Source of the DNA: an uncultured Eubacteriales bacterium
GTDB taxonomy: Bacteria; Bacillota; Clostridia; Oscillospirales; CAG-272
Direction: 5' to 3'
Assembly: GCA_934401725.1 (NCBI GenBank)
Contig: CAKRSS010000001.1
Location: 732-64,731, forward strand
Length of the DNA: 64,000 nucleotides
The first letter of the stretch is position 1, and every line of letters begins with the position of its first letter. Positions 9,050 to 17,281 of this stretch are shown here, one piece after another. The notes beneath the pieces were generated by a model. That model searched no databases. It had not been told where the DNA came from and saw nothing but the letters and a program-made list of their open reading frames with translations. The position numbers and the translations under genes were made by a program.

Positions 9050-10180
9050 GTGAGGCGGTTCGGAGATATTGCGCGGGAGACGCTGAGCAACATCCGGCGG
9101 ATGGATTTTGCGCTGCTGGCGGCTACTTCGGCGCTGTCGCTGGCGAGCATTCTGACGCTGGCCGGCGGGTATTCGTCATTTGGAGTGAAGCGGATAGTCA
9201 TGCAGCTCGGCGCGACGTGCGTCGGTCTTGTCTTAATGCTGCTTATCGCGTCGATAGACTATCGCGTGATTGCGCAGAAGCTGGGCGTGGTCATATACGG
9301 CGCGTCTCTGCTTTTGCTCGTCGTGACGCTGATATTCGGCACGAGCGAGGGCGAGAATAAGAGCTGGCTCTACCTGCCGCTCATACCGTTCGGCATACAG
9401 CCGTCCGAGTTTATAAAAGCGTCGCTGCTGCTGACGTTTTCGTACCATTTGTACCGTGTCCGGACGCAGATAAACCGCCCGCTTGTGCTGCTGACGCTGC
9501 TCGCACATATAGGCGGGTACGTCGGGCTGATACTGCTTTCCGGCGACCTTGGCGTGGCGCTGGTCTACCTCGGAATATGCGTCGTCATGCTGTTCTGCGC
9601 GGGACTTTCCATGTGGTACTTCGTCGGCGGGGCAGGGGTGTTTGCGCTCGCCGCGCCGCTCGGCTGGAAGCTGCTGCGCGAGGATCAAAAGGCGCGGATA
9701 CTCGTCGGCTTCAACCCCGATATCGACCCGCTCGGCAAGGGCTATCAGCCGATAAAGAGCCGATCGTCGGTCGCGAACGGCGGTATTTTCGGACGCGGCA
9801 TGTTCGGCGGGAGCGTTTATAAAACATACGCCGCCTCACATACCGACTTCATTTTCGGCACGTTCTGCGAGAAATTCGGCCTCGTCGGCGCGCTGGCGGT
9901 AGTGGGACTGCTCGTGTTCATCGTGCTGCGCGTCGTCAAGCTGGCGCGCTCCTGCCGCGGCGACTGCGGAACCTACATCTGCGCCGGATTTGCCGGAATG
10001 ATAGTGGTGCAGTCGATTGAAAACATCGGAATGTGCCTCGGCATGCTGCCGGTTGTCGGCATCACACTGCCATATATGAGCTACGGCGGCTCGTCCGTGC
10101 TCGCCATATACATCATAACCGGCGTCGTGCAGAGCGTCGCGGTGCATCGCAACCGCTACCATGTGGCAGATAATTATTGA
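9050..10180 (+). CDS. FtsW/RodA/SpoVE (SEDS) family cell-wall polymerase
   Basis: The product is multi-TM and shows GYQPIKSRSSVANGGIFGRG, HTDFIFGTFCEKFG and LPVVGITLPYMSYGGSS. A GTG start follows AGGAGG. Confidence 0.85.
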   Translation: MRRFGDIARETLSNIRRMDFALLAATSALSLASILTLAGGYSSFGVKRIVMQLGATCVGLVLMLLIASIDYRVIAQKLGVVIYGASLLLLVVTLIFGTSEGENKSWLYLPLIPFGIQPSEFIKASLLLTFSYHLYRVRTQINRPLVLLTLLAHIGGYVGLILLSGDLGVALVYLGICVVMLFCAGLSMWYFVGGAGVFALAAPLGWKLLREDQKARILVGFNPDIDPLGKGYQPIKSRSSVANGGIFGRGMFGGSVYKTYAASHTDFIFGTFCEKFGLVGALAVVGLLVFIVLRVVKLARSCRGDCGTYICAGFAGMIVVQSIENIGMCLGMLPVVGITLPYMSYGGSSVLAIYIITGVVQSVAVHRNRYHVADNY

Positions 10181-10257
10181 ATATTGGGTCATAAAAGGCC
10201 TCCCCTGCGAATATATTGCAACAGAAGTCAGCGATATACGCAGGGGAGGTTTTACAT

Positions 10258-10761
10258 ATGTTCATTTATTCGGTGCGTGCCGGAACACTCAAATTTGTGG
10301 GCGTTATATGCGTGGCGCTAGTGGCGCTGATAACGCTTCTCGCCTTCATGCCGACCATCCGCGGCATTGACAATGCCGGAAATACCAGCGCCGGCGCGGC
10401 GGCGTCGGGCAAGCAGAGCATACGCTACGAAAAGGTCAAGAGCGCCGGGGATGTGGCGCAGTTCCTCGCACAGTTCGGCTGGGAGACCAAGGGTCAGCCG
10501 GTCGAGGTGCAGGAGGTGACGATACCGTCCGAATTTGACCGCGTCTTCACCAACTACAACGAGCTCCAGAAGCAGCAGGGACTCGACCTGTCGCGCTACC
10601 GCCGCAAGAAAGCCACGCGCTACACCATGGAGATCACCAACTACGGCGACTACAACGGAACCGTCTGGGCGAACGTCATAGTGTACCACGGCAAAGTCAT
10701 CGGCGGCGACGTCTGCTCGGCCGATATGACCGGGTTTATCCACGGCTTTGAGGTGAAATGA
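10258..10761 (+). CDS. DUF4830-like membrane-anchored protein
   Basis: It has an N-terminal TM segment, then FLAQFGWE...TIPSEFDRVFTNYNELQKQQGLDL...VIGGDV. The ATG at 10258 follows GGGGAGG. Confidence 0.6.
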   Translation: MFIYSVRAGTLKFVGVICVALVALITLLAFMPTIRGIDNAGNTSAGAAASGKQSIRYEKVKSAGDVAQFLAQFGWETKGQPVEVQEVTIPSEFDRVFTNYNELQKQQGLDLSRYRRKKATRYTMEITNYGDYNGTVWANVIVYHGKVIGGDVCSADMTGFIHGFEVK

Positions 10762-10763
10762 CA

Positions 10764-10800
10764 AAAATACCGCGATCAGTTGCGATCGCGGTATTTTTGT
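10764..10800. terminator. bidirectional Rho-independent terminator
   Basis: The 14-bp stem AAAATACCGCGATC/GATCGCGGTATTTT is flanked by A- and T-runs. It lies between convergent genes. Confidence 0.65.
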
Positions 10801-10803
10801 TTG

Positions 10804-12015
10804 TCAGACGGCCTTTTCCATCCTCTCCCTCACCGCCGCGAGGAATTCGATGGTGTTGACGGCGTTGACTTTGTCGCCGGGGGTGACGAGGCCGGTCAGG
10901 TCCTTGGTCATGGTACCGGACTCGATGGTGTCGAGGCAGGCGCGCTCGAGTCTGTCGGCAAAGCAGCAGAGCTCGGTAGTGTCGTCCAGCTCGCCGCGCT
11001 TGCGCAGGGCGCCCGTCCAGGCAAAAATGGTCGCCATGGGATTTGAAGAGGGCTGCTCGCCTGCGAGGTAGCGGTAATAGTGGCGCGTGATAGTGCCGTG
11101 TGCGGCTTCGTATTCGAAGTTGCCGTCGGGCGAGACGAGAACCGAGGTCATCATGGCGAGCGAGCCGAACGCGGTCGAAACCATGTCGCTCATGACGTCG
11201 CCGTCGTAGTTCTTGAGTGCCCAGATGAAGCCGCCGCGCGAGCGGATGACGCGCGCGACAGCGTCGTCGATGAGCGTGTAGAAATACGTGATGCCCAGCC
11301 GCTCAAACTCGGCGCGGTAGTCGCTGTTGTATATCTCCTCGAATATCAGCTTGAAGGTCTGGTCGTACTTTTTTGAGATGGTGTCCTTGGTCGAGAACCA
11401 CAAATCCTGCCGAGTGGCTATGGCGTATTTGAAGCAGGAGTGTGCGAAGGCGCGGATGGAGTCGTCCTTGTTGTACATGCCCTGGAGCACGCCCGCACCG
11501 TCGAAATCGAATATCGGCTGGCGCGTGACCTCGCCGGTTTCCAACGTGAACACAAGCTCGGCACGCCCGCCCTCGGTCAGCCGCATTTCGCTCGCGCGGT
11601 AGACGTCGCCGTAGGCGTGGCGGGCGATGGTGATGGGCTTCTCCCATGTCTTGACGACGGGCTTTATGTTTTTAACGATTATCGGCGCGCGGAAGACGGT
11701 TCCGTCGAGTATGGCGCGGATGGTAGCGTTGGGGCTCTTCCACATCTCGTGCAGCTTGTATTCCTCAACGCGCTGTGCGTTGGGCGTTATGGTCGCGCAC
11801 TTGACGGCGACACCGTATTTTTTTGCCGCGTTCGCCGCGTCGACCGTCACCCTGTCGGCGGTGGCATCGCGGTTGGGGAGCGAAAGGTCGTAATACTCGG
11901 TCTTGAGGTCGACGAAGGGAAGAATGAGCTCGTCCTTTATCTGCTGCCAGATGATGCGGGTCATTTCATCGCCGTCCATCTCGACGAGCGGGATTTTCAT
12001 CTGAATTTTGCTCAT
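10804..12015 (-). CDS. icd: NADP-dependent isocitrate dehydrogenase (IDH1-like, ~400 aa type)
   Basis: Translation reads MSKIQMKIPLVEMDGDEMTRIIWQ...VKCATITPN...GTVFR. The start overlaps the acn stop. Confidence 0.9.
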   Translation of the reverse strand: MSKIQMKIPLVEMDGDEMTRIIWQQIKDELILPFVDLKTEYYDLSLPNRDATADRVTVDAANAAKKYGVAVKCATITPNAQRVEEYKLHEMWKSPNATIRAILDGTVFRAPIIVKNIKPVVKTWEKPITIARHAYGDVYRASEMRLTEGGRAELVFTLETGEVTRQPIFDFDGAGVLQGMYNKDDSIRAFAHSCFKYAIATRQDLWFSTKDTISKKYDQTFKLIFEEIYNSDYRAEFERLGITYFYTLIDDAVARVIRSRGGFIWALKNYDGDVMSDMVSTAFGSLAMMTSVLVSPDGNFEYEAAHGTITRHYYRYLAGEQPSSNPMATIFAWTGALRKRGELDDTTELCCFADRLERACLDTIESGTMTKDLTGLVTPGDKVNAVNTIEFLAAVRERMEKAV

Positions 12016-14261
12016 TTTGTTTCCTCCAGTTTCTTTTTGCAGTGGTTCATCAGGCAGCCGTCGAGGATTATCTGCTTTTCCTCCTCGGTGAGACCCGAGA
12101 TGTGTAGCGTCAGCGCCTCGGACGTGCCGTCGGCGTGCAGAAGTGTTGCCGGATAGTCCTCGTCGCCGCGCGCGAGCTTAGCTCTTACGTCGGGAACAAA
12201 GACAAAGTCGCCCTCATTTCCGTTAAATCCGACGTTCTCATCTATGGTGAAGGGGAGTATGCCCCAGTTGATGCAGTTGGAACGGTAGCGCTTGGTCGCG
12301 TAGGCGTGGCAGATGTTTGCGAGGCCGCCCAGCACCTTCTGACAGGAGGCGGCCTGCTCACGCGCCGAGCCGTCACCGGGGGAGTTGGCGTAGACGCAGG
12401 AGCCGGTCTGCGTGGTGCGCAGCAGCGCCGCGGTGTCGCCGACGCGCCTGAGGATGTCCTCGAGCTTCTGCGGGCTTCCGCCCTCGCGGCGCTCGGTCTC
12501 GAGCGCCTGCGCCGCCTCCGCACGCCCGACGTACTCGGGAACGCGGCGCGACAGCGTCAGTTTGGAGAGGCGGATGGGGTTGGAGCGATAAGAGGACGAC
12601 TCGCCCGAGGGGATGAGCTCGTCCGTCGTGGTGACGGGGTCGTGAATGACGGCGGCCAGCTCGACGAGCAGGTTCTCCCCGAGCCCGTACTGCGCGGGCC
12701 AGTCGGTGATGTTGGGGCCGAGGACAAGCTCGCACTCGGGCTCGGCCTTGCCGAAGCCGTAATAGACGCGGTGCTCGTAGGGCGAGCGGTCGAAATGGTA
12801 TTTGTGTTGCGGCGCGCTGTAATCGATGTCGGTCGCGGGGGTGATGGCGCCGCCCATGAGAGCGGTGGCGGCGATGCTGCGCGCGTCCATGAGCGCGACG
12901 CCGGCCAGCTGTCCCTCGCCGGGCTTTGAGCCCTCGCGGTTGGGGAAGTTGCGCGTGGTGTGGCGGATGGACAGACCGTTGTTGGCGGGAACGTCGCCCG
13001 CGCCGAAGCAGGGCCCGCAGAAGGAGGGCTTGATGACAGCGCCCGCCTCGAGCAGCCTACCGGTGACGCCGATGCGCGTCAGCTCAAGCGAGACGGGGAC
13101 GCTGGTCGGGTAGACGGACAGCGAGAAATTGCCGTTTGATGTTCCACCGCCCGAGAGTATCGCGGCGGCCTCGTCGATGCTGTCAAACATGCCGCCCGCA
13201 CAGCCCGCGATGATGCCCTGATCGGCGTAGACGCGGCCGCCGCGTATCTTTTGACGCAGCTCGAGGTGATGCCCCGGAAACAGCTCGGCGGCGTTCTTTT
13301 CGACGGCGGCGAGGATGTCCTCGGCGTTCTCGGTGAACTCGCGGATGGTGAAGGCGTTGGAGGGGTGGAAGGGAAGTGCGATCATGGGCTCGAGCGCCGA
13401 CAGATCGAGTTCAATCCAGCGGTCGTAGTAGGCGACGTCGGCGGGGCGCAGCTCGCGGTAGTCGCCGGGGCGGCCGTGGATGGCGTAGTATTCCTTTATG
13501 GTGTCGTCTGTCTGCCAGATGGAGGACAGGCACTTGGTCTCGGTCGTCATGACGTCGATGCCGTTGCGGAAGTCGGCGGTCAGGCAGGCAAGGCCGGGGC
13601 CGGTGAACTCAAGCACGCGGTTCTTGACAAAATCCGAGCCGAATACGGCCTTCACGAGCGCGATGGCCGCGTCATGCGGGCCGACGCCGCGGCGGGGCTT
13701 GCCGGTGAGGTAGACCAGCACGACCTCGGGGTAATTTATGTCGTAGGTCGAGCGGAGCAGCTGCTTGACAAGCTCGGGGCCGCCCTCACCGACGCCCATG
13801 GTGCCGAGTGCGCCGTAGCGTGTGTGCGAGTCGGAGCCGAGAATCATTTTGCCGCAGCCCGTCAGCTCCTCGCGCGCGTAGGAGTGAATGACGCTCTGAT
13901 TGGCGGGGACGTATATTCCGCCGTACTTGTGCGCGGCCGAGAGGCCGAAGACGTGGTCGTCCTCATTTATCGTGCCGCCGACGGCGCAGAGCGAGTTGTG
14001 GCAGTTGGTGAGCGCGTAGGGGATGGGGAATTCCCTCATGCCCGAGGCGCGCGCCGTCTGTATGATGCCGACGTAGGTTATGTCGTGCGAAACCATGGCG
14101 TCAAAGCCTATGCGCAGCTTATTTGCGTCGCCCGAGCGGTTGTGCGCCTGGAGCAGGGAATATGCGATGGTTCCCGTCTTGGCCTTCTCGGCGGGAACTG
14201 CGCACTCAGACGTGGGAATGCCCTTTATCAGATATGTTCCGTTTTCGTGCAGTGTTATCAT
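12012..14261 (-). CDS. acn: aconitate hydratase
   Basis: Translation shows DSHT, CGPCFG and other aconitase-type motifs (GSDSHTRYGALG, PSFCGPCFGAGD). The ATG at 14261 (MITLHENG) has an AAAGGA RBS. The track start at 14507 is an extension. Confidence 0.9.
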   Translation of the reverse strand: MITLHENGTYLIKGIPTSECAVPAEKAKTGTIAYSLLQAHNRSGDANKLRIGFDAMVSHDITYVGIIQTARASGMREFPIPYALTNCHNSLCAVGGTINEDDHVFGLSAAHKYGGIYVPANQSVIHSYAREELTGCGKMILGSDSHTRYGALGTMGVGEGGPELVKQLLRSTYDINYPEVVLVYLTGKPRRGVGPHDAAIALVKAVFGSDFVKNRVLEFTGPGLACLTADFRNGIDVMTTETKCLSSIWQTDDTIKEYYAIHGRPGDYRELRPADVAYYDRWIELDLSALEPMIALPFHPSNAFTIREFTENAEDILAAVEKNAAELFPGHHLELRQKIRGGRVYADQGIIAGCAGGMFDSIDEAAAILSGGGTSNGNFSLSVYPTSVPVSLELTRIGVTGRLLEAGAVIKPSFCGPCFGAGDVPANNGLSIRHTTRNFPNREGSKPGEGQLAGVALMDARSIAATALMGGAITPATDIDYSAPQHKYHFDRSPYEHRVYYGFGKAEPECELVLGPNITDWPAQYGLGENLLVELAAVIHDPVTTTDELIPSGESSSYRSNPIRLSKLTLSRRVPEYVGRAEAAQALETERREGGSPQKLEDILRRVGDTAALLRTTQTGSCVYANSPGDGSAREQAASCQKVLGGLANICHAYATKRYRSNCINWGILPFTIDENVGFNGNEGDFVFVPDVRAKLARGDEDYPATLLHADGTSEALTLHISGLTEEEKQIILDGCLMNHCKKKLEETK

Positions 14262-14329
14262 TAATTTGCGTCCTTTCAGGGTATACTTCACATTGAACCC
14301 GGCGGATGAGACCTCCGCCGACTGAAAAA

Positions 14330-14348
14330 TACAATATATAATATTGTA
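14330..14348. promoter_or_regulatory. perfect 8-3-8 palindrome TACAATAT-ATA-ATATTGTA overlapping the acn -10 box
   Basis: I read the dyad directly from the sequence. It overlaps the -10 at 14343-14348. Confidence 0.4.
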
Positions 14349-14371
14349 ACATGCTAACAGGTGAAAGTCAA
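14343..14371 (-). promoter_or_regulatory. candidate acn-icd promoter TTGACT-17-TACAAT
   Basis: This is a reverse-strand reading, with the -10 at 14343-14348 and the -35 at 14366-14371. Confidence 0.5.
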
Positions 14372-14413
14372 TATATTTGGCCGTAATTTGTGGTCTGTGC
14401 GGCTCGCTTTTTG

Positions 14414-14442
14414 TTGACAAAAGCGGCCGGTAATGATATAAT
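14414..14442 (+). promoter_or_regulatory. perfect-consensus promoter TTGACA-17-TATAAT
   Basis: The hexamers are at 14414-14419 and 14437-14442. It is divergent from the acn promoter and leaves a ~165-nt leader before 14616. Confidence 0.55.
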
Positions 14443-14615
14443 TTTAATGCATCACCGCGCAATGCCCGAGTGGCACACTTGCTTACAGCTTTTCCGTCAT
14501 ATTTCACAAAAATCCTTTGCGAATTTTTGTTTCATCTGACGAAAAATCTGACTGCGCAATTGCACCATCGGAATTACGCGGTGAAGCCTTGAATATTTTC
14601 GCCCCGGAGCCTGCC

Positions 14616-15521
14616 ATGAAAAGATATAGCGTTGAATATAAAATGACGTTGCTGCTGCTTGTGCTTGAGCTGTGCGCGGCGCTGGTTTTTACTGCGGCGC
14701 TGTGCATGGCTCCGGGCGGCGGCGACGCGCCAGTGTCCGCGGACACGACCCCGCCCGAGATCATCGGCGCGGGTGATATGAAAATTTACGTTGGCGAGTC
14801 GCCCGCCTACCGCAAGGGAATAACGCTTGCCGACGACAGCGGTGCCGACGGCGTGACGCTTGAGGTCGACAGCTCGGCTGCTGACATCTCAAAGCCGGGG
14901 CGCTACCCCATCACCTACACCGCGACCGACCGTGCGGGTAACTCGTCGAGCGTCACCGTTTACCTCACGGTCGAGACTTACTTCCCGCAGCGTGACGAGC
15001 TCAACGCGGCGCTCGACCGCGTCATTTCATCCATCATCACCGCCGATATGAACACCGAGCAGAAGGTTCGCCGGATATACGACTACGTTCAGAACCACAT
15101 TGCCTTCGTCAACACGTCCGACAAGACCAGCTGGGAGGCCGCGGCCTACCGCGCGCTGTTCGTCACAAACACAGGTGACTGCTTCAGCTTTTTCGCGGCG
15201 TCAAAGGCCTTCTTTGAGCGGTTGGGGATAGAGAACCGCGACATTCAGCGCCCTGCCGAGCTGGCCGAAAAAATGCAGCAGACGCATTATTGGAGCCTTG
15301 TCAACATCAGCTACGACCCCGCGTCGCCGCGCTGGTACCACTACGATTCCTGCCGCCTGCGCGCGGAGTACAACCACAGCGGCTGTCTTCTGACCGAGCG
15401 CCAGACGAATGCCTACAACAAGGTTCGCGAGAACTTTTACGCCTACGACAAGACGGGCTACCCCACTGTCAGCACGACGATAATCACCCCGACCCCCGAG
15501 CTTGAGCCTTACTACGATTGA
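14616..15521 (+). CDS. secreted/membrane-anchored transglutaminase-like cysteine protease-fold protein with Ig-like domain
   Basis: It has an N-terminal hydrophobic segment. An Ig-like stretch follows (PGRYPITYTATDRAGNSSSVTVYLTV). The Cys/His/Asp triad context is TGDCFSF...THYWSLV...WYHYDS. Confidence 0.65.
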   Translation: MKRYSVEYKMTLLLLVLELCAALVFTAALCMAPGGGDAPVSADTTPPEIIGAGDMKIYVGESPAYRKGITLADDSGADGVTLEVDSSAADISKPGRYPITYTATDRAGNSSSVTVYLTVETYFPQRDELNAALDRVISSIITADMNTEQKVRRIYDYVQNHIAFVNTSDKTSWEAAAYRALFVTNTGDCFSFFAASKAFFERLGIENRDIQRPAELAEKMQQTHYWSLVNISYDPASPRWYHYDSCRLRAEYNHSGCLLTERQTNAYNKVRENFYAYDKTGYPTVSTTIITPTPELEPYYD

Positions 15522-15532
15522 GGAGACACTGC

Positions 15533-17035
15533 ATGGTAACAAATATACTCGAATACCTTGAGAAAACCGTCGCCGAGGTGCCCGACAAGGTCGCCTTCTC
15601 GGACGGCACCGACAGCCTGACCTTCGCCGGGCTTTACGCCGCGGCGCGCCGCGGCGGCAGCTATCTGATAGAACAAGGTATCGTGCGTGAGCCCGTCATG
15701 GTCATTATGGACAAGCACCCGCGCGAGCTCGCGGCCTTCTTCGCCGTCATATACGCGGGCGGGTTTTATGTGCCTGTCGACGCCGACATGCCTCCGCTCC
15801 GCATGGCCGCCATCGCCGAGACGACAGGGCCGCGTTTTGTCATCTGCGACAGCCGCAACAGGGCGAACGCCGAGAAAATTCCGGGCACAACCGTGATCAC
15901 ATATGAAGAACTCACTGCCTGCGAGCCTGACGAAATCGCTCTACGTGATGTCAGAGAGCATCAGCTTGACACCGACCCGATTTACATCGTCTTTACCTCC
16001 GGCTCGACCGGCGTGCCTAAGGGCGTGCTCGCCTGCCACCGCTCGGTCATAGATTACACGGAAAATCTGTCCGCAGCTCTGGGGTTCGGGCGCGACAACG
16101 TCTTCGGAAATCAGACCCCACTCTACTTCGACGCGCCGCTCAAGGAGATAATGCCCACGCTGAAATTCGGCGCGACGACGTACCTCATTCCGAAGCAGCT
16201 GTTCATGTTTCCCGTGCGGCTGGTCGAATATCTCAACGAGCACCGCATAAACGCCGTTTGCTGGGTGGTGTCGGCGCTGACTATGATCTCGGCGCTCGGA
16301 ACGCTCGATAAGGTGAAGCCCGAGTACCTCACGACGGTCGCCTTCGGCAGTGAGGTGTTCCCCAAAAAGCAGTATGGAATCTGGCGCGCGGCGCTGCCCG
16401 ACGCCACCTTCTATAACCTCTACGGTCCCACCGAGGCGACGGGCATGTCCTGCTTCTGGCGGGCCGACCGCGAGCTCGGTGAGGACGAGCCCATCCCCGT
16501 CGGCCGCCCCTTCCGCAACACGCGCATATACCTCATCGGCGAGGACGGCGCGCCCGTGCGACGCGGCGAGGTCGGCGAGATATACATCGGCGGAAGTTGC
16601 GTGACCATGGGGTACTACGCCAACCCCGAGAAGACGGAGCAGGCGTTTGTCGTCAACCCGACGGTGTCGGCGTGGCGCGATATTGTGTATAGGACGGGCG
16701 ACATGGGGCGGTATAATGAGTATGGCGAGCTTGTGTTCGTTTCGCGGCGTGACTATCAGATAAAGCACATGGGACACCGCATAGAGCTCGGCGAAATTGA
16801 GGCCGCGGCCGACCGGCTCGACGGCGTCGCGCGCAGCTGCGCGCTTTACGACAGCGAGCGCCGGCGCATACGTTTGTTTTACATGGGGACGGCTGAGGAG
16901 ACTCAGCTGTCGTCCTACCTGCGCGACTATCTGCCGCGCTACATGCTTCCGAACGAGATAAAACGGCTCCCGCGCCTGCCGCTCACATCGAACGGCAAGC
17001 TCGATCGACGCGCGCTCGAGTCAGAGAATAAATAA
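15533..17035 (+). CDS. dltA: DltA-like stand-alone adenylation enzyme (D-alanine--carrier protein ligase family)
   Basis: The ~500-aa product carries AMP-binding motifs IVFTSGSTGVPKG, YGPTE and YRTGD, and ends ...SNGKLDRRAL. A GAGGAG RBS precedes the ATG at 15533. Confidence 0.75.
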   Translation: MVTNILEYLEKTVAEVPDKVAFSDGTDSLTFAGLYAAARRGGSYLIEQGIVREPVMVIMDKHPRELAAFFAVIYAGGFYVPVDADMPPLRMAAIAETTGPRFVICDSRNRANAEKIPGTTVITYEELTACEPDEIALRDVREHQLDTDPIYIVFTSGSTGVPKGVLACHRSVIDYTENLSAALGFGRDNVFGNQTPLYFDAPLKEIMPTLKFGATTYLIPKQLFMFPVRLVEYLNEHRINAVCWVVSALTMISALGTLDKVKPEYLTTVAFGSEVFPKKQYGIWRAALPDATFYNLYGPTEATGMSCFWRADRELGEDEPIPVGRPFRNTRIYLIGEDGAPVRRGEVGEIYIGGSCVTMGYYANPEKTEQAFVVNPTVSAWRDIVYRTGDMGRYNEYGELVFVSRRDYQIKHMGHRIELGEIEAAADRLDGVARSCALYDSERRRIRLFYMGTAEETQLSSYLRDYLPRYMLPNEIKRLPRLPLTSNGKLDRRALESENK

Positions 17036-17050
17036 GAAAGGCCAACCAAA

Positions 17051-17278
17051 ATGGAAAGACTGATAGAAATACTGAACAGCTTGCACGACGATGTCGATTT
17101 CGAGACCGAGACCGGCCTTGTCGACAACGGCGTGCTCGACTCGCTCGACATCGTCACGCTCATAACCGAGATAAACGACGAGTTTGACGTGTCGATACCC
17201 GCCGAGGAGATAATCCCCGAAAACTTCAATTCCGCCAAGGCGATAATGGCGCTCATAAACCGGCTCGACGAGGAATAA
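17051..17278 (+). CDS. dltC: D-alanyl/acyl carrier protein
   Basis: The product is 75 aa. The GVLDSLDIVTL motif contains the phosphopantetheine-attachment serine. Confidence 0.75.
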   Translation: MERLIEILNSLHDDVDFETETGLVDNGVLDSLDIVTLITEINDEFDVSIPAEEIIPENFNSAKAIMALINRLDEE

Positions 17279-17281
17279 GCC

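Noticed and set aside
8242-9360. Track ORFs inside the repeat region (8242..8583, 8274..8534, 8406..8804, 8869..9360, and also 51024..51422).
   Set aside because: They are translations of palindromic repeat DNA that is readable on both strands. The same peptide appears from inverted copies, and the ORFs lack an RBS. I treat the region as non-coding.
14449-14615. Possible riboswitch in the ~165-nt leader before the transglutaminase-like/dlt-like genes. Long-range complementarity exists between CACCGCG at 14453-14459 and CGCGGTG at 14577-14583.
   Set aside because: I could see no match to any riboswitch consensus I know, no terminator or sequestering hairpin, and only a single 7-bp pairing. 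The evidence is not sufficient to call a feature.
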